Assembly: GCA_033581555.1 (NCBI GenBank)
Contig: JAVQSZ010000002.1
Coordinates: forward strand, 128,001-192,000
Source: Nitrososphaerota archaeon
GTDB taxonomy: Archaea > Thermoproteota > Nitrososphaeria_A > Caldarchaeales > Calditenuaceae
Length of the DNA stretch: 64,000 nt
Direction: 5' to 3'
Shown here: positions 28,544 to 36,338 of the stretch, in pieces
Position numbering within the stretch: the first letter of the stretch is position 1
Layout: each line of letters starts with the position of its first letter
Notes under the pieces: generated by a model
Seen by the model: only the letters and a program-made list of their open reading frames with translations
Told to the model about the DNA's origin: nothing
The model's database searches: none
Translations under genes and position numbers: made by a program

Positions 28544-29867
28544 CCCGCTGCGACCTGAGCTCCCTCACGACCTCCCAGAACTCATCATCGATTGTGCAGA
28601 GCGGGTGGAGGCTCATCCTCTCGGAGGCCAGCGCCTCGCTCGCGCCCTCCTGCCTGTCCACGACGACGAAGTAGTGCGAAATCCTGCCTCCCGAATCCCG
28701 CAGCGCCCTCGCGCACTCGGCAGCGGTCCTTCCGGTCGTCGTGAGGTCGTCGACCCCTATGAACTCCTCTCCCGGGGAGACGACGCCCTCAATCCTCTTC
28801 CCGAGGCCGTGGTCCTTCGACCCAGACCTGTAATAGACGAGCCCCGTGCCGAGCCTGTCCGCGACCAACGCCGCGATCGGGATGCCCGCGGTCGCAGTGG
28901 TGGCCACCTTGAACCCTCCCCGGCCGACGACCCTGCTGACCGTGGCCACCATCAACCTCACGATCCTGTCCCTCGCCCTAGGATAGGAGTAGATGGCCCT
29001 CGTGTCGATGTAGTAGTGGGAGAGCTTCCCCGAGGAGAGCCTGATCGGCTGCTCAGACTCCACCACAGCGCCCTCGCAGGACGCGAGCGCCTCGATCACC
29101 GAGTACCTCGCCCTCAGCCGCTCGGCCTCGTCCCTCAGCTCCCTCGCCCTCTCCGCTGGCGAGGCGGCCTCGAGGACCGACCTCCCGAAGTTCAAGAGGA
29201 CCCTCTCGCCGCCGTACCTCGCCGCTACCTTTAGCTCCCCTCCCTGCGCGCCAAGCCCCGGTATCAGGAGGACCGCGTCGTCCCCGACCCTCCTCCTCAC
29301 CCTCCTGAGCGTCGGTCCGTCCACGAAGGGCCCGAGCCCGACCACGAAGCCCTCCGAGCCAGCCCTCGCCGCGTCGTCGAGGAGCCTCTCGAAGAACCTC
29401 TCCCCGGTCGAGAGCGTCGCGAGGTAGGTCGCGGCCGCGTGGGGCGAGGAGGGTATGACAAGCGCGAAGGTCCAGAGCCCCTTCGAGGACGCCTCCCTGA
29501 CCACGTGCTCCGAGTTGCCGATCACGGGGTTGAAGGTGAACCCGTCGAACCCGAGCTCCGAGACCGTCCTCACGCCGGCGGAGACCGTGTGCTCGACGTC
29601 ATTCATCTTGCAGTCGAGGACCGTGATGCACTCCTTGGACCTCGCCAGGTCGTTCAGCTCCCTCAGGCCGTCGCCCGGGACGCCCCTTACGAAGTTCTCG
29701 TTCAGCTTGACCGCGACGACGTACGCCGAAAGCTCCTCGATCGCCCTCCTGCAGAACTCGAGCCTCGACTTCGGGTCCGGGAACCTCTCGGGCGGGGGAT
29801 CCAGGCTCAGCGAGATCGACGTTCCCTTCCTCTGGACGATGTCGTCGTAGGCCCTCTGGAGCCGCAT
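28536..29867 (-). CDS. Bifunctional OMP decarboxylase / orotate phosphoribosyltransferase (PyrF-PyrE fusion)
   Basis: DCKMNDVEHT and PG.GAQGG (PyrF), then LSSG..S.YYID and VDDL.TTG (PyrE); ATG at 29867. Confidence 0.88.
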   Translation of the reverse strand: MRLQRAYDDIVQRKGTSISLSLDPPPERFPDPKSRLEFCRRAIEELSAYVVAVKLNENFVRGVPGDGLRELNDLARSKECITVLDCKMNDVEHTVSAGVRTVSELGFDGFTFNPVIGNSEHVVREASSKGLWTFALVIPSSPHAAATYLATLSTGERFFERLLDDAARAGSEGFVVGLGPFVDGPTLRRVRRRVGDDAVLLIPGLGAQGGELKVAARYGGERVLLNFGRSVLEAASPAERARELRDEAERLRARYSVIEALASCEGAVVESEQPIRLSSGKLSHYYIDTRAIYSYPRARDRIVRLMVATVSRVVGRGGFKVATTATAGIPIAALVADRLGTGLVYYRSGSKDHGLGKRIEGVVSPGEEFIGVDDLTTTGRTAAECARALRDSGGRISHYFVVVDRQEGASEALASERMSLHPLCTIDDEFWEVVRELRSQRDG

Positions 29868-29949
29868 TCGGTCCGATTCGCCTCTCCGGGACTTTAAGGG
29901 TTGGCGACGCAGGTGAAGCGCTAAAAGGCGAGTAACGCCGCGCTCGCCG

Positions 29950-30807
29950 GTGTCAAGGGTCGCCAAGATCGGGAGGGTCGAGGTCGGAGAGGGCAGGCCG
30001 GTCGCGGTGATGGGGATCATCAACGTCAGCCCCGAGTCCTTCCACAAGTCCTCGGTGAGGAGGACGCCGGAGGAGGTCTCGGAGGCCGCGGTGAGGATGG
30101 TCGAGGAGGGAGCCGACGTGATCGACGTCGGAGGGATGTCCTCGGCGCCCTACCTCGATACCACGGTGCCCGAGGAGGTCGAGTCCGAGAGGGTCAGGAT
30201 GGCGATCAGAGCCGTGAGGGACGCGGTCGACGTGCCCATCTCCCTTGACACCTATAGGGTCAGGCCCGCGCTGGAGGGCCTGAGGCTGGGCGTCGAGGCG
30301 ATCAACGACGTCTACGGCCTCGCCCACCTCGAGGCGATCCTGAAGGAGATCGCGGACTCAGGTGTCTCGCTCGTCCTCATGGCGAGGGACGTCAGGGAGG
30401 GCGACGTGATCGAGGGGATCAGGTCGAGGCTGAGGTCCGCGATGAGAAAGGCGCTTTCAGCCGGAATCGGGGAGGAGAGGATAGTCCTCGACCCGGGCGT
30501 GGGGTTCCACAGGGAGCACGAGTCGCTGAAGTGGTACCAGGTGGACGTCGAGATCCTCCGGAGGCTCGGGGAGCTCAGGGACCTCGCGAGGCCGCTCCTG
30601 GTCGGGTGCTCAATGAAGAGCTTCATCGGGAAGCTGACCGGGAGGCAGGCCACCGACGAGAGGATCTTCGGCTCGATCGCGTCCGAGGCGGTCGCGGTGT
30701 TGAGCGGCGCCGATGTGATAAGGACCCACAACCCGAGGCTGACCCTCGACGCGGTCAGGGTGGCATCGGCGGTGATCGGGAGGCCCGCGAAGCCCCTCAT
30801 GGTCTGA
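29950..30807 (+). CDS. folP: Dihydropteroate synthase
   Basis: MGIINVSPESF, IDVGG.S, SLDT, INDV, DPG.GF, G.S.KSF, IRTH. Confidence 0.9.
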   Translation: MSRVAKIGRVEVGEGRPVAVMGIINVSPESFHKSSVRRTPEEVSEAAVRMVEEGADVIDVGGMSSAPYLDTTVPEEVESERVRMAIRAVRDAVDVPISLDTYRVRPALEGLRLGVEAINDVYGLAHLEAILKEIADSGVSLVLMARDVREGDVIEGIRSRLRSAMRKALSAGIGEERIVLDPGVGFHREHESLKWYQVDVEILRRLGELRDLARPLLVGCSMKSFIGKLTGRQATDERIFGSIASEAVAVLSGADVIRTHNPRLTLDAVRVASAVIGRPAKPLMV

Positions 30808-31726
30808 CCCTGTCGACCAGAAGCAGGACCGTAAGGGCCGCGTCGAGGACGTCGGCAGATGACCCTGGCCTGATGTCCCTCTCCCTGAAGCGCCTGTCCA
30901 TCTCCTTGAGGATCCTCCTCCCCTCAGCGGTCGTCGCGCCCCCTGCCCTCAGGGCCCGTGCGGCCACCTCCTTCACTGATAGCGCCGCGTGGAGTCCGTT
31001 CCTCCTGACCACGTGTGTGTCGGGTCTCTCGGCCATCACCGCGAGGAGGCCGTTGACCGCGGCCGCGTTCAGGTCGCCACCGTTCCTCAAGACTCTCCTC
31101 AGCTCGCGCAGACACGTGCCGAACGAGAGGGGATAACCGCCGACGAGCTCGTCGGCCACGAGGTCCCGGCCCGGGTACGCCCTCAGCGCGTCGAGCAGCC
31201 CGATCCTGCGCCTCCTCACCTCCTCGTACGTCCTCTCGTCGTTGACGTCGAGATACGGCACCGACCCGAGCCCTCCGGGCCTCGAGAGCCTGATCGCCCT
31301 GAAAACTCCCAGTGTGTCGCGCCAGTCGGTGCCCACGAGCACCACCCTCGCAGCCCTCCTCAGCGCGACCTCGCTCAGACCCTTGCCCTTCCCTATCGAC
31401 GCTCCCGCGGCGGCGCAGAGCGGCACCACCAGCAGCACCGCTCCGAGGTGGGCGTTCCCTCCCCTTTGGGACGAGAGGGAAGACTCTACGGCCCGGAGGA
31501 CCAGCTCGCCGAGCTCGCCGGGCCTCAACCCCCTCATCCCCCTTCTCGCGGCCTCGTAGAACCACCTGTACAGCGAGACCGCGCTCGCCTGCATCCTTAT
31601 CGCGCTGAGCTCCCTGAGGTCGCTCCGGCGGTCGACGAGCCCGGGCTTCGGGGTCGCGAGCAGCTCGACGAGGAGGGCCGAGGTCGCAGAGTAGGCCACG
31701 GTGTGAAGCGCGTCGTCCCTTGTCAA
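30797..31726 (-). CDS. citG: CitG family triphosphoribosyl-dephospho-CoA synthase-like protein
   Basis: E...TPKPGLVDR, GN.HLG, PDT...R, PG.SAD. Confidence 0.85.
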   Translation of the reverse strand: MTRDDALHTVAYSATSALLVELLATPKPGLVDRRSDLRELSAIRMQASAVSLYRWFYEAARRGMRGLRPGELGELVLRAVESSLSSQRGGNAHLGAVLLVVPLCAAAGASIGKGKGLSEVALRRAARVVLVGTDWRDTLGVFRAIRLSRPGGLGSVPYLDVNDERTYEEVRRRRIGLLDALRAYPGRDLVADELVGGYPLSFGTCLRELRRVLRNGGDLNAAAVNGLLAVMAERPDTHVVRRNGLHAALSVKEVAARALRAGGATTAEGRRILKEMDRRFRERDIRPGSSADVLDAALTVLLLVDRVRP

Positions 31727-31728
31727 GG

Positions 31729-32577
31729 CTAGAGCTCCGAGAGCAGCTTGTGAAACTCCCTCCTGTGTACCCGGAAGGAGCTGAACCTCCTAGCCCTGGA
31801 GTTCTCCCCGAGGTCGACGTCGCAGACCACCATGTCCTCTTCGAAGAGCTTGCCCTCGCCGAGGACTGAGCCGTCGGGGCCCACGACCATCGACCCTCCC
31901 CAGAAGTACTCCTCGTCCTCAGGGCCGACGAGGTTCGCGAACGCGACGTGGACGGTATTGGTGATCGCGGTGGCCATCAGGATCGCCCGCCAGGCCTCCC
32001 TGATCCAGACGCCGTCGCGCCCTCGGTGCCCAGTGCCGATCCCTCTGGCGGGGGAAGCGGCGATGCACGCGATCAGCTCGGCGCCCATCCTCGAGAGGGC
32101 CTCGGCGGGCTCCGGGTGCCAGAGGTCCTCGCAGATCGCGACACCGAGGCTCCACTTCCCCAACCCGACGGTCCTGACGTCCTTCAAGGGGTCTCCCTGC
32201 TCGAAGTACCTGGCCTCCTCGAAGAGGCCGTAGGTGGGCAGGTAGAACTTGGGAACGCGGGCCGCCAGCCTCCCGTCGCTCACGACGAAGGCCGTGTTCC
32301 TCAAGACCCCAGGCCTGACCTCATCGACCCCTCCCAGGACCACCGTACACCCCTTCGAGGCCTCCCTGAGTCTCGAGACTGCGGCCCTACACGCCCCGAC
32401 CACCTCGTAGGCGAGGTCCCTCAGGACGTAGCCCGTGAGCGAGAGTTCCGGGAAGACCAATAGGTCGACGCCTCTCGATCTGGCCTCCTCGATGGCCGCG
32501 AGGTGTCTTCTCAAGTTCCACCCGACGTCACCGATCCTGCTCTGGACCTGCGCGAGCCCGACCCTGAGCTTCTCCAT
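31729..32577 (-). CDS. Carbon-nitrogen hydrolase (NAD synthetase glutaminase-like)
   Basis: FPELSLTGY, K.YLPTYG.FEE.RYF, ICEDLW catalytic triad. Confidence 0.85.
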   Translation of the reverse strand: MEKLRVGLAQVQSRIGDVGWNLRRHLAAIEEARSRGVDLLVFPELSLTGYVLRDLAYEVVGACRAAVSRLREASKGCTVVLGGVDEVRPGVLRNTAFVVSDGRLAARVPKFYLPTYGLFEEARYFEQGDPLKDVRTVGLGKWSLGVAICEDLWHPEPAEALSRMGAELIACIAASPARGIGTGHRGRDGVWIREAWRAILMATAITNTVHVAFANLVGPEDEEYFWGGSMVVGPDGSVLGEGKLFEEDMVVCDVDLGENSRARRFSSFRVHRREFHKLLSEL

Positions 32578-32593
32578 CTCTGTCCTCCCCGAC

Positions 32594-33121
32594 TCAGCCG
32601 TAACCCTCGACCTCCGGCCTCCTAACGGGGCCCCTCTTCGCCGCCGGGACCTCGCTCAGCGTCCCGATGATTCCCCTGAAGTCCTCCTTGACGACCGTTA
32701 GAGCGATGTGGGTGTTGGTCCTCTCGACGTACGGGATGCTCAGTATCCTCTTCGTGAAGTCGCTCAGCTCCTGCCTGTTCCTGAACTTCGAGACGACGAT
32801 GCTGTCCACGACCCCCGTCACGTCGTAGACCGCGACCGTGTTCGGGAGCGAGGCGATCTCCCTCTGGACCTCCAGCAGCTTCCCCCTCGAGACCGTGACC
32901 GCGGTGATCGCGGTGAGCTCGAACCCCAGCTTCTCGGGGTCGACCAGCGCGGTGTAGCCCCTTATCACGCCCGCCGTCTCCATCCTCTTCACCCTGCTCG
33001 CGACCGTGCCTACGGAAGTGTTCAGCTTCTTCGCTATCTCCCTGAACGAACTTCTCCCATTTTCCACCAATTCCCTCAAAATGGCCACGTCAAGTTCGTC
33101 CAGCTCTACACCTTCACTCAT
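32594..33121 (-). CDS. Lrp/AsnC family transcriptional regulator
   Basis: LDELD..IL..L..NGR.S..EIA..L..S..TV..RV.RM...GVI.GY; ATG at 33121. Confidence 0.92.
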   Translation of the reverse strand: MSEGVELDELDVAILRELVENGRSSFREIAKKLNTSVGTVASRVKRMETAGVIRGYTALVDPEKLGFELTAITAVTVSRGKLLEVQREIASLPNTVAVYDVTGVVDSIVVSKFRNRQELSDFTKRILSIPYVERTNTHIALTVVKEDFRGIIGTLSEVPAAKRGPVRRPEVEGYG

Positions 33122-33219
33122 ACCCTCTGTACAATTAAACAGCAAATTTACCTTTTCTATAGACAAACGTACCGCAGGCGCGGAAAGCTTATAGCCGAAG
33201 TCTTAGCGGAGGCCGCGAA

Positions 33220-34698
33220 ATGGTGTTGGCGGCGTACGAGAGGGCCAGAGCGAAGCCCTGGGAGACGACCGCGGAGCAGGTGATGGAGCTGATTAAGCAG
33301 GAGAACGTCAGGTTCGTCGACCTGCAGTTCACCGACCTGCCCGGGAAGCTCCAGCACGTGACCGTCACAGCGGAGTACTTCGACATAGAGCACTTCGAGG
33401 AGGGCGTCCCGAAGCTCGACGGCTCCTCGATCAGGGGCTTCGCGGAGATCTACGAGTCCGACATGGTCCTGAGGCCTGACCCTGCGACGTTCGCACTGCT
33501 GCCGTGGGGGCCGGAGAGCTCTAAGACGGCCAGGATGATCGCCGACGTCTACAAGGGCTTCGGAGAGGGCAGGTTCTCGAGGGACCCGAGGTACGTCGCG
33601 CAGAGGGCCGAGCAGTACCTGAAGGAGCAGGGCTTCGACGTCTCCTACTGGGGCCCGGAGATAGAGTTCTTCGTCTTCGACCGGGTCCACTGGGACGTCT
33701 CGACACCGCAGCGGGGCATGGCCTATAAGATCGAGTCGAGGGAGGGAGCATGGAACTCCTCTGCGGACGGTCACGGATACCCGATCAGGTACAAGGAGGG
33801 CTACTTCCCGGCCCCACCTCAAGACACGCTGATGGAGTTCAGGAACGAGATGAGTAGGGTTCTCCTCGACTACTTCGGGATCCAAGTCGACGCCCACCAC
33901 CACGAGGTCGCGACCGCCGGACAGTGCGAGATCGACATGAAGTTCGACGCGCTCGTCAGGATGGCCGATAAGGCCCAGACCTACAAGTACGTCGCGAGGA
34001 ACGTCGCGAACCAGATGGGCCTGATAGCGACCTTCATGCCGAAGCCGATATATGGTGACAACGCCTCGGGGATGCACGTCCACGTCAGCCTCTGGAGGGA
34101 CGGCGTGAACCTCTTCTTCGACCCGAACGACGGCTACGCTGAGCTCAGCCAGCTCGCGAGATACTTCGTCGGAGGACTCCTCGAGCACAGCAGGGCCCTG
34201 GCTGCGATCGTGGCTCCGACCACCAACTCCTACAAGAGACTGGTCCCGGGCTACGAGGCTCCGATCTTCATCGCTTGGAGCAGGTCCAACAGGTCCGCCA
34301 ACGTAAGGATCCCGGTGTACGTCAGGGGGACGAAGAAGGCCGCGAAGTCGAAGAGGGTCGAGTTCAGGACGCCCGACCCGTCAGCGAACCCGTACCTCTG
34401 CTTCTCCGCGATGTTGATGGCCGGACTCGACGGCATTAAGAGGAAGATCGACCCCGGCTCGCCGGTCGACGAGAACATCTACCACCTGACGCCCCAGAGA
34501 AGGAGGGAGCTGGGGATCAGGGAGCTCCCGGGGAGCCTGAAGGAGGCGGTGGAATCCCTCCTCTCGGACAGGGAGTTCCTCAAGCCGGTCTTCACCGACG
34601 ACGTCGTCGAGGCGCTGGTCGAGTGGGAGATGTCGCAGTACAAGGCGGTCAGCGCGCTTCCGCATCCATACGAGTTCTACCTGTACTTCGACAGCTGA
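33220..34698 (+). CDS. glnA: Glutamine synthetase type I
   Basis: DGSSIRGF, HHEVA..GQ.EI, FMPKP...DN.SGMH.H, NSYKRLVPG.EAP, E.R.PDP.ANPY. Confidence 0.96.
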   Translation: MVLAAYERARAKPWETTAEQVMELIKQENVRFVDLQFTDLPGKLQHVTVTAEYFDIEHFEEGVPKLDGSSIRGFAEIYESDMVLRPDPATFALLPWGPESSKTARMIADVYKGFGEGRFSRDPRYVAQRAEQYLKEQGFDVSYWGPEIEFFVFDRVHWDVSTPQRGMAYKIESREGAWNSSADGHGYPIRYKEGYFPAPPQDTLMEFRNEMSRVLLDYFGIQVDAHHHEVATAGQCEIDMKFDALVRMADKAQTYKYVARNVANQMGLIATFMPKPIYGDNASGMHVHVSLWRDGVNLFFDPNDGYAELSQLARYFVGGLLEHSRALAAIVAPTTNSYKRLVPGYEAPIFIAWSRSNRSANVRIPVYVRGTKKAAKSKRVEFRTPDPSANPYLCFSAMLMAGLDGIKRKIDPGSPVDENIYHLTPQRRRELGIRELPGSLKEAVESLLSDREFLKPVFTDDVVEALVEWEMSQYKAVSALPHPYEFYLYFDS

Positions 34699-34808
34699 CC
34701 CTCACAGGCGTTGAACCGCAGCTTTTTCGTTCATGCCGTGCGAGAATTCAATTGCTCCCTCGCAATCCCATACTCGCTGAGACTGATCGCGGATCGGCCT
34801 TCATAGAG

Positions 34809-34873
34809 GAGCTCGGCGCTCAAGATCGCTCTCATCTCCAGAGGATCGACCTGGCCAGACCCCTCATCGCACT
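34809..34873 (-). ncRNA. Box C/D guide sRNA (putative tRNA-Leu(CAA) C34 methylation)
   Basis: Minus strand GCGATGA-ggggtctggccagg-TCGA-tcctctgg-AGATGA-gagcgatcttgagcg-CCGA; TATA-like TTTATGA about 25 nt upstream. Confidence 0.7.
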
Positions 34874-34907
34874 TAAGACTAACGCCGACTGACTCATAAA
34901 CGGTGAC

Positions 34908-36284
34908 TCAGTTGAGGAGCGACCAGACGACCGCGACGACCGAAGCGGGCATCGATCCTATCAGGCCTGGCTTGAGCCACTCCTTGAACGTCATGTGACC
35001 CAACCTCTGCCTCTCGATCATCCCGATCGCAACGATGTTCGCCGTGCTACCGATCATGGTGAGGTTGCCGATGTAGGTCCCTGCGAAGAGCATGAGCCAC
35101 CAGACGATCGGACCGACGGTCCCCGTGGCGAGGAGCTCCTGCACCACGGGAATCCAGAAGGCCACCGCGAGCACGTTGTCCATGAACGCGCTCATGAACC
35201 CGACGACGAGGTAGAACGCGGGTATCCAGAAGTGCTCGGGGAGCGCGAAGAAGGGCGACAGGACCCCAGAGATGAACTCGGTCACGCCCGTGTACCTCAG
35301 CGTGCCCACCGAGGCGAAGAAGAGCATGAAGAACGTCAGAGTCCACCAGTCGACCCTCCTCTCTATCAGCTCCCTCGCCTTCTCCCTCTCGATCAGAAGG
35401 ACCGCGCCTGCGCCGACCATCGCGACGCCTATCAACATAGTGTTCTTCTTCAAACCTAGGAGCTCCTCGATCGGCGTGTGGAGCACGAGCCCTCCTATCA
35501 CGCCCAGGAAGACGATCAGGGCGGTCCTGTCGATGCCGTGTACGCCGTTCGCGTGCGGTGTCGCGACCTGCCTCACCTCAGCGGCCCTCGCCCCCCTCAG
35601 CTTCGCGTCGAGTTCCCTCATGAACCCCCTGAAGTAGGACCTGCACGCGAAGTAAGTCACGAACGTCGCGACGATCGCCGGTGGTGTCGCCCACCTGAGG
35701 AAGTCGAGGAACCCATAACCCGAGTTCAGTGCGATCAGCACGCCTATCGGGTTCCCGACGACCGTGGCGCTGCTGCCGATGTTGGTGGCGAAGACCGTCA
35801 TCAGCATCAGCGGTATCAGGGGGACTTGGAACCTGCTCGCTAGCGTAATGGCCGAGGACATCATGAAGAGTATCGAGGTCACTTCGTCCACGAGGGCCGC
35901 TGAGAGAGCGGACATCAGCATGAGTATGAGTATCAACCGGTCCGCGCTGCTCCCCCCAACCTCTAAAACTCTGTCGACCACTACCTCGAAGAACCTCCTC
36001 TCCTCGAGGAACCCGATCACGGTCATCATGCAGAGGAGGAAGACGATCACGTCGAGGCTCGCGAACTCTATGAACGTGGGGACGTCGAGCAGCCTTGTCG
36101 CCATCAGGACGAAGACGCCGACGAGTGCGAAGGCGAGCCTGAACTTCCAGAAGAGGAGTGTCCCGCCGATGATCGCGGTGAAGATGGCCGTCGCTATCGC
36201 CTGGCTGGCCGAGAGTCCCGCGACTAGCGCCAAGACCCCGAACGTTATCGGTATCAGCGGGTAGGCTGCTCCCTTCGCGCGCAT
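34908..36284 (-). CDS. ArsB/NhaD/SLC13 family ion transporter
   Basis: S.LVDEVT, NIGS.AT.VGNP, S.F.DNV, GN.T.IGS.AN motifs. Confidence 0.85.
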   Translation of the reverse strand: MRAKGAAYPLIPITFGVLALVAGLSASQAIATAIFTAIIGGTLLFWKFRLAFALVGVFVLMATRLLDVPTFIEFASLDVIVFLLCMMTVIGFLEERRFFEVVVDRVLEVGGSSADRLILILMLMSALSAALVDEVTSILFMMSSAITLASRFQVPLIPLMLMTVFATNIGSSATVVGNPIGVLIALNSGYGFLDFLRWATPPAIVATFVTYFACRSYFRGFMRELDAKLRGARAAEVRQVATPHANGVHGIDRTALIVFLGVIGGLVLHTPIEELLGLKKNTMLIGVAMVGAGAVLLIEREKARELIERRVDWWTLTFFMLFFASVGTLRYTGVTEFISGVLSPFFALPEHFWIPAFYLVVGFMSAFMDNVLAVAFWIPVVQELLATGTVGPIVWWLMLFAGTYIGNLTMIGSTANIVAIGMIERQRLGHMTFKEWLKPGLIGSMPASVVAVVWSLLN

Positions 36285-36338
36285 GGGATCACCTGGCGCT
36301 CTTCTGTGTGCCTTAAGATATACTAGAGACCGGCGCGC

